This document shows, piece after piece, positions 1 through 13,764 of a DNA stretch of 64,000 nucleotides. Made by a program: the position numbers and the translations under genes. Source of the stretch: Bugula neritina (lineage: Eukaryota; Animalia; Bryozoa). Every line of letters begins with the position of its first letter. The stretch's first letter is position 1. Below the pieces are notes generated by a model, which was not told where the DNA came from, made no database searches, and saw only the letters and a program-made list of their open reading frames with translations. The stretch lies in the NCBI GenBank assembly GCA_964035545.1, contig OZ037768.1:16351875-16415874 (forward strand), given 5' to 3'.

Positions 1-739
1 TTGGTGGAATGTTAGCCTATAACAAACAGGTGTACCAAAGCTAAAAAATATCTAATTCACTGCACTAGGATATTATTCAACTTATTTAAATTTAATATAT
101 AGCAGTAAAACAATCACATACTTGTATTTATTTTATCAGCTTTACTTTACAAAGCTGAACCATATGATTTAGTAACTTGTCACCATAATAAACATTGTAC
201 AACATACAAATTGAAAACCTGATGTGATTGCTTTTTAATAGAATATACATTACAAACATGTTACTTTGATAAGCATGTTCATAATAAAAGTATTAAACCA
301 GTTTGAAAAAAATTATTTTGTTATGTAATGGATCGCAAAACTACATAATTTTAGACCTGTAGCTCGATGTTCTTCAAGCAACGGGCTGCTGTGACTAATT
401 AATTTTCTATCATTGCATTTGATTGTTCTACTCATAGTGTATTGGCGAGTTAAAATTATTGGTAATTTAATGTATATTTTAGCTACCTCTGTACAATCAA
501 TGTCATAGTAATATCAATTAGGTTTTAAATTTCACTGAGTTTATAGTAAATTATTGCAACTGTTACATAACATTTGGCTAGTTCTCTAGTTCATTAAATG
601 ACCATACGAACTTAATTTTATAACATGACAAAACACACAAAGCAAAATTAAAATAAGCATATTATGAACCAATGTAATTGATAAGTGATAATGCTGTTGT
701 AAAACATAAATTATCAAATTTAAATAGTTATTATTACCA

Positions 740-1270
740 TTAGTATTACTATCATTATTACAACTATAATCATTATTACTATTACTATTAGTATTAGCAT
801 TAGTAGTAAAAAAATGAGTAGAGTTCAACATATACAATCTAGCGTACTATAAAAGTAGAAGTAGAACTTCTAAAACTATCATTAACAGAACTATGAGTAA
901 TACTAGTAGTTGTACTAATAGTAATACTAATTATTAATACTAATAAACAATAGTAATAGTATCACTATGAGTATGAGACTTGGGCTGGCAGTGATTATCA
1001 CTATCACTATCAGCATCGTCATAGTCAAAAGTTACAAGAATTAGAAGCCATCTTCATATTGATATTCTCATTGAGTTATGCATAGTCATATTCACAGTAT
1101 TAGTCAATCACTGATTGAGTTAATGTCATAGTGATACTCATACTCATAATTAATTTATACGATTACGACACTCATAGTGATACTGATAGTCATAGTCATA
1201 CTCATAGAGTAAGTACATAGTGATAGTGATACTTCTTCGTGAATTTAATATTATCATTGTTGCTAATATT
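740..1270. repeat. Degenerate 3/6-periodic low-complexity tract (ACT/AGT/ATC-type)
   Basis: Runs such as attactatcattatta, agtaatactaat, catagtgatactcat; boundaries approximate. Confidence 0.7.
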
Positions 1271-3589
1271 ATGTCTTACTCTTAGTCTAACAGCAGCTCT
1301 ATGAAGAAGTTAAACATAACTGATAAAACAAATTTAAAAAATAATACTGCAACAATCAATATAATGTATATCAATATGCTAGCAACCTAATTTTCAGCTC
1401 ACTTCATTAACTTTCCGTGCAGTATTGTGATAAAATTAATTTATTAATGGTGACCTTGACATCTTCGTCTAAATGCCTTTCACATCAAGCCCGAACCAAT
1501 TTGTAAAAAGTTTGGATTTTTTACTTTTAAATATTTTTTACGAAAAGAGCTTCAAAATAAATTTAAAAAAAAGTGAGCTGTTGTCCACATGAAAGGAAAT
1601 ATATGAGCCAATTTTCTAAATTCTGGAAGTTACCAGAGGGTCACAATATTTTTTTTTAAAATCTTTATTTTCACGACAAGCTCTATATATTAATATAGAA
1701 AAAAAGAAGACAACTCTTCTTTCAGATTTTTCATGTGCCACGGTCACGTCAATATCAGTGCTATTAACACATATATTTTAATTCATTTTTTCTGGTATAT
1801 TGAGTTGAGATTTTTTTTATATATTTTGTGAATGTAACTAAAAAAGTATGATCTTTCAACTAACAGTAATTGATTTTATCAAAATAACCTGGATGCCTAC
1901 GATGTTTAAAGCATATATTTCAAATTTTATATTTTTTCTCAAGAAGATGAGAAAAACCAGAAACTAGAAACCAAGGACAAGTCAGACCAGAAGGAAATGA
2001 TACATCCAGTTGGACGACTGTTATTCAAGTAGCACATATAATTATATTTAAATCCAATTTCTAACAAAAAATAAGAGTCGGTATTAAGATCAAATAGTTT
2101 ACTATATGCTATATGACATGATGATTAACAAAACGGGTCGTGGAAATTGCTGAAAGATTTTTTTTAAAATCACAAAGTCAATATGTTGAGCATATCTGGT
2201 TGATTTGCAACAGAGTCCAATTATGAATGAGCACTTATTGAGAGAAATCATGGAAGTCACGGCTCTAACAATAAATACAATTTCTTAAGAAGAGCTGACC
2301 AGAATCAATGCAACAAATATTACCAGCAACAATAGCAAACCTGACAAATATAATTTATTACGTAACTAGTTCAAAGGTTTTCCTACTTTATACATTCTTT
2401 AGCTTGAAGATGAAAATTAACTTTGAAATTCGTTTCTGCTGTCCATCTGAATATTCAAATTCCAGTGGTAGGGTGTACTGATATAAAATAATGTATGAGA
2501 TAGCCGCAGTTGGGGTCACTTAATATACTGTGACATTTTTAGCTTGTGAATGACTTTCAAGAAAGAGTTAGTATTGTACTAGAAAACTAACCAGTGTCAA
2601 TACTGCTTACCTAATAATACTCTAGAATATTATGACAGTATTTTTCAACCAATGCTTATTCAGCCTTAGATAAAAGCAATATATTTTGCTAACATTCAAG
2701 AAGCTAGCAATAAAACTAGCATTACTCAAAACATGAGCAACTTTATTTCAATTAAACCACTGCTTTAGTGAATACATTTATAAAAGTTACAAAATGAACT
2801 TATTGAATATAAGCTAGCTTAATTACTAAATAATATACAAAACAGATACTGAGTGAAATTTAGTCATATATGTAAGTCTATTTTATTGATAAAGTAGAAA
2901 AACCTTGAACTGTCGGAAACAGTTGGTGTAACAAATAATCTCTAATTACTAAAAAGGAATTTTTATTGACATAAATGCAGGTAACTGCAACACAATCATA
3001 ACATTCTCAACTATATTAATCTAAAATACAAGTACAAGTAGTTAGTAAGCTTTGGTTATTATTCACTGCAATAAAGTCCTGCATTGTATAACAAATTAAT
3101 ACAAATCATGTGTCAATGTTTTGATATACAATATATTTGCAAGCAACTTATTGGTTGCTATGATTTTTTAGAACTTCAACATACTATTTATTAGTGAATG
3201 ACTTCATCAAAGAAATTTACATAAAATATAGCTGAAGCAGCTGCCTTGTCCAAGTCTAACACTTGCCCTGAATGACTAATATGAGTGTGTGGTTTTCATA
3301 CCGACACTTGCATTGAAATATATCAAACCAAGTCCAACATGGATACCAACACTGGTAAACAATACTCATTATGATTATAATACTAATATAAATTATGGTA
3401 ATAGCAAACCAACCTCAAAAACAACCAATTGTACTCGAAAAATGCTACCTTAAATTTGTTATAACACATTTCTGATTTCAAGCATAGTCTCAACAGCAAA
3501 CCAAGAGCAAATGTTGATCGTTGGAGCAGGAATATGACATTTTAGCTATTGAAACTTTGCTTACTCTTGATTGAGAAAATTATACTTAT

Positions 3590-3965
3590 ACTAATAATCA
3601 TAGTAGTAGGCACTACTAAAACTACTAGCAATAGTAAGGCTTACTGAATAGTCACTATAAGAATAATACCAATAGTAATAGTAATACTAATACTAATAGT
3701 AAATTATACTAATACTAATACTAATAATAATGACCTTAGCCCATACTATAGTGATAGCAATAGTTGAATAAACTTAGTCTTACAGAATGAGAATAACTAG
3801 AACCCATGAGCTGATAGTGATAGTGATGAGCATTAGCATAGCATTACCATAGCCATAGTCATAGTGATACTTATTACTTATACTTATAGACTATAGTTCA
3901 AGTTGAGTTATAGTCATACTGATACTCATACTGATGGTGACAGTCAGTGATACTGATAGGCACAA
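3590..3965. repeat. Degenerate 3/6-periodic low-complexity tract
   Basis: atagtaatactaatactaat, catagtcatagtgatac repeats; boundaries approximate. Confidence 0.65.
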
Positions 3966-4049
3966 GACTAAAAGTAGAATAACAATATAAATAAAATACT
4001 TTAACTTATACGTGAATTATTACAAATACAATCAATAAATTATAATTAT

Positions 4050-4721
4050 TGTCATGAAGTCCGACCCACTCCCAATGACTGTGGGACTGAGTGAGTGTGA
4101 GTGTCGCCGTAGGTGCTAACTACATCAACATGGTGATGATAACCTGTCGATGTTATTTCCACACTGGACCTCCCTAGAGGGAAGAAGGGGTGTGCCTCAC
4201 ATAAAAAACTAAGTTGTCAGTACTTGGACAGTAATCTAAAAAGTGTTAACATTCTTGTGCAGATTAACTCAACAGGCTAACTAGTAACTAGCCTGTCTGT
4301 GTGTGATCAGTGCTGATCCTCATATCTCTTATTGTGAAGGTATTATATTTATACTTATAGTTGCTTGCCTTAATTTTCCGAGATCAGGCCCAAGAGTTTA
4401 TAAAAACAAGAAACCGAAACCACCTTTTAAAAGTAACATAGATTTGCAAGTTTAGCACCGCGTGCCCATAACCATAGGCATGAGTAGTAGTAGCAGCAGT
4501 GTATATCAAGGTTGAACGATTTCGCTAATCGCAGGGCCGGACTCTGTAGACATAGTTGAGGAGAATGGTTTCGTTAAATAAAGCCTGTGCGTAACGCGTG
4601 TAATTTGAAGAGCGATCATTTAAAAGTATATTTATGACATCGATTTATGGCCCTTATAAATTAAGAAAGTAGCTAAATTGTAGGACTTGTGTTGCGAGTA
4701 CAGCGTGGTACTTATCATCAA
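4050..4721 (+). mobile_element. Possible degenerate solo LTR or other insertion within low-complexity DNA
   Basis: Higher-complexity block starting TGTCATGA; TATA-like ttataaaaa near 4397; AATAAA near 4577; ATTAT on both sides (4045-4049, 4722-4726), but the 3' end is not a clean CA. Confidence 0.3.
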
Positions 4722-4914
4722 ATTATTATGATAATCATACTCATAATGATAAACATATTTTTATGCTGTCTAACTCTATTACTATAGCAGTATGAAATGA
4801 ATATCATAATGGTATTCATGTCTACACTCAATATGTCATGAAAGTACACCAGAAAGGAAGCTGCAAATCAAAGTGAAAGACTAAGAGCCTTTGATAAAAG
4901 ACATTTTTATTTTG

Positions 4915-5786
4915 ATTTGACTCGTACTCATACTGATACTCATAGTGATAGTCATAGTCATAGTAATTGTGATACTCATAGTCATAGTGATAGTAGTCAT
5001 AGTTCAAAGACTATAGTAAATCTAAATTTAATACTTATACTAATAATAATACTTATACTTAATCTTATAGTTATTGTTAATGTTATACTCATACTCATAG
5101 TCATAGTGATACTGCGACAGTAAATGTGTCTGTGATACTGATAGTGATAGCTATACTCGTAGTAATAGTTACTATGTTAGTATCAGTCAATGTCATAGTG
5201 ACTAGTGATTGATAATTACAGTATGAGTATCGGTATGAATATGATACTCATACTGATAGTGATAGTTAAACTTAATCATAATGTGACAGTCACTCATAAG
5301 TCAATGTCATAGTGATAGTCAATCACTGTCAGTGTGAGTGTCATACTCTTTGTCGATGTCAAACTCATACTCATAGTAATATTCATAGTCATACTGATAC
5401 TGAAAGTGAATCTGATAGTGATAATGATAGTTGATAATCATTATCATTAGGATAATCATAATGTCAGTGAGTATGACAATGAATGATTGATAATGATAAA
5501 GTGATGCTCGGTAGTCTGTAAGTGTATGATAGTGTGACTGTTAGTGCCACTGATAATAATGATTATAATATAAAATAAACATTAACTAATACTAACAGTA
5601 ATAGTAATAATTATAATTATTTAATTAAAATACTTATACTTATAGTTATATTTATATTAAGTAACTTAGTTAAACTTAAAAACAGTTATACTAAATTGAT
5701 AATAAACAACAACTAATATAAATAATAGACATAGTATTAATCAAATTTTTCTAATGTAATACTAATAGTATAAATATAAGTAATAC
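4915..5786. repeat. Degenerate 3/6-periodic low-complexity tract
   Basis: catagtgatagtcatagtcatagt, atacttatactaataat repeats. Confidence 0.7.
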
Positions 5787-6343
5787 TGTAGTAAACTGTG
5801 GGTTCTGAATGCAACTAGTGCCTACATGCTCTAGAAAGAATAAGCCAAGTATTTGAGTACAAATGAGGATAACCTTTATTGTATCAGATACAGCTCATGT
5901 GGTCCTACTACCAGCGAGCTCCAGTAGTAGTCTGAACTACACTGGAACTCGCTGGCTTTTATATACAAGCGAGACAAAGACATTCCTTTGTTGCCGAGAT
6001 CGGGGTTCCGAAATGCCGAATATCGGCATTTCGGGACTCCGAAATGCCGAAACGCCGATTTTCGGCATATCGGCATTTCGGAAGACCGAAATGCCGATCT
6101 CAGCAACAAAGGACACACACAAAAGAAAGCAACATTAGTAAAAGAAATATTACATAACTTCAGAATGCGTATTTCAGTAAAATTACATTATGTTGAGCTT
6201 TAACCGTAATTACCATACTTAGGCATTAGCAAGCTAACTTACTTAACTATAATTACAGAATTAAGAATGATACGCAACAGTATTTATAATATACTGTTGC
6301 ACGCTGTTATTTCGAAACTAAAAGAGGGTGAAAATCCATTACA
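5787..6343 (-). mobile_element. Solo LTR, family 2, copy A
   Basis: TG...CA ends with 4-bp TSD ATAC (5783-5786, 6344-6347); homologous in inverted orientation to 37843-38361; TATATAAAAG on the minus strand near 5956-5965. Confidence 0.85.
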
Positions 6344-8477
6344 ATACTATAAGTACAATATTAGCTGTATAACATTAACCATAAGTGCAAGTTATAAGTA
6401 TTACTATTCGTCTATTACTATTAGTATAACCTATAACTATGTCTATATAAGTATAAGTAAATGTTATTTTAATTAAATTATGTAACTATTCTAATGCTTA
6501 TAGTTATACTGAGTTGATATTCATATTTATTGACTTTGAGGGTGTTACTTATTATTGCTTTTAATCACCAATCCATTGCTAGAACTAACTCGCCCAAGAC
6601 TTAAGGCTAAGGTAACTGTGGAGGTATCGCACTCACAGTCACACTCACTGTGGTTATCAGTATGTGTGTCAATATCAGTATCACTATGACTATAACTATA
6701 AGTTTAACAATATAAGTCCTGAGATGACTAAGAGTAAGTCCAATAGCCTATTAAGTGACCTTGTATGTCGAGAAATGTTACTGTGATACTAATAGTAATA
6801 GTATATGTATTACTGTAATACTAATAGCCTAAGCCTACTACAATACTAATACTGTAATAAACAATAGTAATACCTATAATAATTTATAGTTTTCATTTTG
6901 TTACTAGTGATTTAAGTTATAATAAGATTAAAGAATTAGATTGATAATTTAGATAATTGATATAAATATTAGATCATAATTGTAAGGATATTTGTTAAAA
7001 TACTTACTAAATCTGTGAAACTGAACAGAACTAGGACCCAAACTGTCTTATAATTAAATTTCTTTCTCAATATGATCTTTATCCTTTATACTTTTTGTTT
7101 TGTAACGTTCTCGATACAGTTGACTTTTTATTTATTTATTTTGTTTATAAAATCGTATGCGCCACGCCAATGTTTAGTTCTAGACTTTAGAGAACTACAA
7201 ATTACAGTTAAAGTTGAGAATAGGGCGTTGTTTTAAGTTGCTTGTCTTGAGCAAATGTGTTGCTAAATGTTTATTCCACAAATAGATTTCATCAACAACT
7301 GTAGTTATAAAAATATGCTCACTATTGAGCGTCATATTTCTTTTACATGTGCAGTCCAACAATGTGAAATATGCAAAGCACTTTGCCGAATATCACGGGT
7401 GTAACAGTGGCATACTAGTTCTAAACACTAACTGTGACCCTTGAAATGTCGAATCTACTTGCACACTGGCACACTAATGCCTCAAAAATGAAATTTCATG
7501 AAGTTGCACTAGAAACAAAATTTGCCAGTAATACCGAAATATTTTTGAAGATTTATTTTACATGAACAATGTTGGACATTTTATTTCCTCCATATTCTTT
7601 AGCAAAGATCACAGAAACAAATAGTTTCTTTACAGTAGTAGCTTGAACATATCGTTTCAATTAATGGAGGGGTGCCTAATTTGCTAAAATTGATAAACAA
7701 TGCATAATCATCTCCTTTTTTTTCAGGCGACATGTATGAAATTTACCCAATAGCTTGTTTTTATGCCCCATAGTTTTGTATTTATTCATAATCTGTGGGA
7801 TTTGGTAAACTGATTTTATATAAAGTTTTTGGAATAAATACTTTAGAAAAAGTTGCTTTGCATGGTATAGTTTAAGCACAATGAAATTGGTAGCTTTAGA
7901 GTCAGGAAATTGCAATACTTGGACTGGTTCATATTGTAACTGTAAATGTACTATAATTATATAGCTTGGCTGTCTATAATATGTGTAAGGTGGCAGTGTA
8001 ATTCAATGTTCTATGCAGCACGTAGATCATTACTCAATGAATGGGTATGTGTATAGAAACTTTTCTTTGCAATTCTAAATTGAAGTTATTGGGCACACAG
8101 ATGCTCCATGCTTCATCCAGACACTAGTCGCTGAAGGGTACTGCGTTTTAATTAATACTAGCTTATTGGATATTTTTAAAACTCGCCCACTGCAAAAGTA
8201 AAGCAAATGGCCTGTTTCTGTTTTGTGGCCACTTTTCTTCCAAAATAATTGTTTAGAGGGTTGTATTCCTATTAGTAAAACAATGCTACATATCTATAGG
8301 GTCTTGATAATTAATCTACATGCTCCAGCATATTACTAATTTGTCATTCAATTTGACAGGCGTGTAGACAAATAACATTCTGAAGTTATGTATTTGCTGT
8401 ATTTTTTAGCTTTTACAATCATTACCTATTTCAAGTAGTCTCCAAATCCATATCTGTACCACAGCTGGCTAATCAAA

Positions 8478-11114
8478 ATGGTAAGTAGTGTTTTTAGAGA
8501 CTGACTAAATTAATACTAACAGCGTAAAGCACTTATACAGTTGTTTATTGCAACTTTTGAACATGATTTTGAACCTCTTATTGTTCACATGTTTTAGCCT
8601 CAGAATGAACATATTGAGCTTCACAGAAAACGACATGGGAGGAGACTCAACTACGAGGAGAAAAAGTACGTCGTGAAGTTTCTCTATTTATTAGTTAATT
8701 TCTTCAAAACATGTTTTAGAATTTAGACAGTAATATTCACTAAGGTTAGGTGTCTTGTACTATTTTATGATTGAAAATAGTTTATTTTCCAGGTCAAATC
8801 TGTAGTGAGTTTATATTCTGGTATTGTTATACAGGCGGAAGAAGGAAGGTAGAGAGGCCCACACAAGAGCTGACAAAGCTAAGAAGTTGAGAGGGTTGAA
8901 GTAAGTCTATTCGTTACAGGTTATATAATCAGTTCAATCACCTCCTTACCATGTTATCTCTGGCATGTATAATGTGGTAACTCTGTACGCAGGGCCAAGA
9001 TTTATCACAAACAGAGGCATTCAGAAAAGATTCAAATGAAGAAGACAATAAAAATGCACGAGGAGCGAAACACAAAGGCCAAGTCAGATGATAATGTACC
9101 AGAAGGAGCCATACCTGCTTACTTGCTGGACAGGGAGACTCAAACCAGGGCCAAAGTTCTTTCTAATATGATTAAACAGAAGAGAAAAGAGAAAGCTGTG
9201 AGTATTGATAGACTTGCAGATGTTTCTTTATCTGAATATTATGCCGGATTTTGCAATCTGTAGGACGTTCTATACAGAACCCCTTATAATTATTTGTTTT
9301 GCAGGGGAAGTGGGAAGTTCCGTTACCCAAAGTAAAGGGTGTAAGTGAAGCAGAAGTTTTCAAGGTCATTAAAACTGGTAAATCTCGAAGGAAGTGTTGG
9401 AAGCGTATGGTGACAAAAGTTTGTTATGTTGGCGATGGTTTTACTCGAAAGCCTCCAAAGTATGAAAGGTTTATTCGGCCAATGGTAATTAGATTTCTAA
9501 TTTTACAACCTGTGCTTCTTCGATATTGGAATATATATACAACTAAGCAATTCAAAGGAATGATTCTATAAGTAGCTCCTAGTTGGGGGTGACTGGGTGC
9601 AGTAGTTGGTGGTTCTTGAGTTTGGAGTTGGGGTTTATTGAAACTCCAAACTTAAGAACTGCAAACTACTGCACTCAGTCACCGTAAGTCAGAGCTGATT
9701 ATAAACTATTGCCTGGCCATAGCATACTGTTCTATAGTTTGACATGTTTGTCTGAATCACTAAATTATAGTAATTGACCTTGACTTGTGCTGTTTTGCCT
9801 AAGAGCTCTCCTAACTCCTACAGTAGCATATAAGAGGTCAATGCTACTATGGCTAATAACTTTTTGTTTCAGGCTCTAAGGTTTAAGAAGGCACATGTCA
9901 CTCACCCTGAATTGAAAGCTACATTTTGTCTCCCGATTATCGGTGTTAAGAAAAACCCGAGCTCACCTATGTACACAGGACTAGGTGTGATAACTAAGGG
10001 CACAGTTATAGAGGTAATCAATTAGCTATGCCTGAATGTTGTGTATCTGTCTCATTTTCTATACAGCCATACTTAGGTGCAAGTTGTACAATATATCAAT
10101 TTTAAAGCAAATTATTTGCTTCACCCGAAAATGTTGATTCACACGAACAGTTTGACATTAAACGTTTTACTAGTAAATTTTTGTAAGTGTCTAAAATACA
10201 TTCCAGTGGTTGATAATAAGTAGCTCAATGGTAATGATTTACTATTAATTGTGAGCGATCCATCCAACTGCCATTAAAGCTTTTTTCAGCCAAAATTTTA
10301 TTCCTCATTAGTTTATATTTTGTATCAACCAATACTATAGAAGAAGGCAGCTTTTACTCTTATTGCTCAGGCCACTTGTAATAAAAAGCAAGCTTGTCTT
10401 TAAGTTGAAAAAAAAATATTTTAATTTGATTTGATAAATTGATTTTATAAACCCCTTAAATCTATTTAAAACATATATACAATTCTTGTAGTAGAGCCTT
10501 TATTGTTGAGTTGCTGGATCAGATCAATTCTACAACCGCATAATAGACAACTTAGATTGGATGGAATTTTTACAACTGCTTTTGGAGTTGTTTTATTTTT
10601 TGAAAACCAAGATCTTAAGTTAAAACAGTAATTTGGCTCAACCTATCACAATAAGCAAATAAGTTATTATGAAATAGCACTTTTAGAACTATGTAAGATA
10701 AGCAATAATAATTAACTTAAGACCATATCATTTGCAGGACTTTTAAACCCAAGGCATATGGTTATTAATCTAGTTAGTCTTATTCTCATCACTAACTGTT
10801 TAGACTTTAGATCATGGTCCTTCAGCATCCAAGTTTATTATTTGATGAAGCTCCACTCATGGTGGTATAGAGATTTTAGCACCTCTTGATCACACTTGTA
10901 TATAGTTGAGTTGTGATCACATTATATATAGTTGAGTTGTTGATCACACTTGTATATATGTTGAGTTGTGATCACACTTGTATATATGTTGCAGGTAAAT
11001 ATAAGTGAGCTGGGGTTAGTCACACAAGGTGGCAAAGTTGTCTGGGGGAAATACGCTCAGGTAACTAACAATCCGGAGAATGATGGGTGCATTAACGCTC
11101 TATTGTTAGTGTGA
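8478..11114 (+). CDS. NSA2: Ribosome biogenesis protein NSA2 (260 aa, 7 coding exons)
   Basis: Exons 8478-8480, 8598-8665, 8835-8900, 8993-9197, 9305-9484, 9873-10013, 10995-11114, all GT-AG and phase-consistent (783 nt); [17 protein letters not shown]...[10 protein letters not shown]...[23 protein letters not shown]. Confidence 0.97.
9567..9703. repeat. Long hairpin/palindrome in NSA2 intron 5 (MITE-like or structured RNA)
   Basis: About 42-bp arms across 9588-9683 (ggtgactgggtgcagtagtt...aactactgcactcagtcacc), extending imperfectly to TATA at both ends. Confidence 0.7.
10887..10991. repeat. About 27-29 bp tandem repeat x4 abutting the NSA2 last-exon acceptor
   Basis: tgatcacacttgtatat(at)gttg(agttg) repeated four times. 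Confidence 0.85.
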
Positions 11115-12336
11115 TTCAAAGTCTCGGACCCCTTGAAAATTGGGACAATTCCATCCTCAGCCATTCTAACCATTATGAGTTATATTTTATATAAATGTGA
11201 CATCACTAACCAACTGTCGGGAGTGGGTAGCCATCATTTTCAGGTTTATATGACAGATTGTTGGATCTTCTCTGTAGTTAGAAACCTATATTTTGTCAAT
11301 ATTATAAAAAATGAAAAATTGAAATAGATGTTTTGTTGAAAGTAATTCATGTTGAAATGTTTTATGTCTAACTAGTTTTCGCTCAGATGGTGACTATAAT
11401 GTTGGTTAAAATATGGTACTGTACTGGTTTTTAACAAACTGTAAAAATAGCAATGACTACTTCACTATTCTTGTTATAATAATTTTTTGTTTATTAGAGC
11501 TTGTAAACATGCACAATAAACTGATGTTGGTAAATGCTAAAATGAGTAGTGTTATGATTTTAACATCATCTATGCATGTCTGCTATTTTTTTTGCAAAAT
11601 AAAAATATTCTGATGTGCATTCATAAACTAATTTGCTGTTGCTCTAAAAATATTAATGGTGTGATTTTAGCATTAAACTGTGATACTAATAGCTGTTAGC
11701 TATTTTCAACACTTTCAATGATGATGCTGTGGTAGTCAATATAGTCTTAAGATGCACCCATTTAGGTGCAGTTCCACTAAGTTTGGAATAGCCCACATTC
11801 TTCATTTTAAAAAATTGGCTAGAGTTGATAATTATGAGCTCGTTCTCCTTGTGGCAGTCAGTTTTGTTATTTGTATTGAACAAGTTGTCATTCTTTTTAG
11901 TATGCTGTATGTAAGCTTGCACAAAAAACTACTAAATAAATTAGTACATTTCAACACTGGAAGCCTACAATGTTATTTTAATAATTTTTTATTCACTTGG
12001 CTTATTTTGGTCATATCTGTCAACTTTTTTTTGAAAATGTTGATGCCCAGAGAATAATTGGAATCATAAAAGCAAAATGTTCAAATCTCAGTTAGTTTCA
12101 AAACAAGCTCTGCCTTTGATGATGGGTGAGGGAGATTTATTTCGACCAGTCATCATGACATGTGTTGAGCATATGAGCCTCATCAGCTTGCGTTCCACTA
12201 AATTACTCTATAATAATATACACGTATATAACCTTTGTGACTTATTGTTTGGAGTTATCTTTTCTGCAAAGCTTGCATCCATTAACTTGTCGTATTCATA
12301 TCATGTCATTGTTTATGAAGATACTCTTTCACCATT

Positions 12337-12486
12337 CCTGTGAGATTAGGACTTATTTATGTGACACAGGAGCAAGTGTGACTGGATGCTCTTCCTAACA
12401 TCACCAATGGCCCTCCCTTAGAATCGAACCCATGACTATGGGTTTACAAAGCCAGCCCTCTAACCCATAGACCACGGCTGCTCCCT
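12337..12486 (-). mobile_element. tRNA-derived SINE (internally deleted copy)
   Basis: Homologous to the copies at 26155, 46136 and 61454; B-box-like GGTTCGA on the minus strand; shared core GATGTTAGGAAGAGCATCCAG. Confidence 0.75.
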
Positions 12487-13764
12487 TTGTTTATAAGGAT
12501 ACTAATGATTCTAATTTATATTAATAACAAAAAATAGTGCATGTATCCTCCCAAGTTCAACCTCTCTATATAAGTAGAAACATATTTTCCAATTATTACA
12601 TAAATTATTTTCTCTATCTAATAGCAGCAATCTCTTCTCCTAGTATTAAAATTACTAAATTGCTTTTGAAAACGCATTTTTATTTTCAAATGAACTGTGA
12701 CATCATGGCTCTTAATGTTGAGGGAAATTTTCTGTACTAGCTGAAATAAAATTTTGACTCGTATTTTATTGAATGCAGTTGCTACTGGTTTTAGGTATGA
12801 TTGAACTCAGATGCTCGCCAGCTTGTTCCTTAGAAGTCATGTTAGGAAATTTTGTTCACTTTGTTTAATTGGAATGAAAGAAGTTTGTACAGTTTGAATT
12901 GATCTATATATTAATATGCATCTACAAGCTACTTATGTGTTATATAACATTCATACCTCCATACTGCTAAGTTTTCTCATTCAATATAATTACACAGGGT
13001 ATTTTGTGTCACTAGCACTTGACTGTAGGCTACACCACAGAGATATTATAATATTATTATATTATAGCTTAGATATGTAAAACACTACCTCAACTGCTGC
13101 TTCTAATTTCATTCCAAGGCTCTGGTGTACTGCTAACCTCCAGTCTAACAGCTAAAGCAGGTCTAATGTAGGTATATTTGGATTATCATACTGTTATAGA
13201 ATACGTTATAAGGGGTTTATAACATATTAAATAGGGTAATTTGTAGGACCATTGTACTGTAATAATCCAAAAGCACCTCCACTTTCAATTTCAATACTTT
13301 TAGTCTCTGAAGCTTTTTACTAATTTTCTTAGGTGATTGTAATTTATGTCGTGAACAATGTCTGCATGTAAAGTCTTGGGCGATACCCTAAAACCAACCA
13401 CAAACTAATAGAAATGCTAAATTTATCGCTATCGATCACCTTCAAGGGTTTCTTTCTGAACGTTACCATGTTATTACTAGTATACATTACAGCGCATCTT
13501 CTAGGAGCCTACACTGTGCTTCGCATTAATCTGCTGGGCATTCAAGCGTTGCGGTTTGTTACCATTTACCTTCACGGCGCTTACTAACTCAGAGTTGAAT
13601 CTCAATACTGCGTATTATATTGGCTAGCCATACAAGTGAATGACACCCAGTGCTAATAAGTTTCTTAGTTTATTCACCTTAGGGCTGGGCATTTAGTAGT
13701 AGTCGCAAGTCAATCCTTTATCATGTGGTTGAATGTTTCTGGATTGTATTGAAAGAATTTGAGC

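Noticed and set aside
586-837. Asn- or Thr-rich ORFs in low-complexity tracts (also 4917-5123, 14460-14678, 37637-37879)
   Set aside because: Products of 3-periodic simple repeats
1930-2350. Purine-rich, exon-like or transposase-like stretch
   Set aside because: Only short open frames and no recognisable motif
5863-6203. Overlapping ORFs on both strands (61-91 aa)
   Set aside because: Artefacts of the GC-rich palindromic array inside a solo LTR
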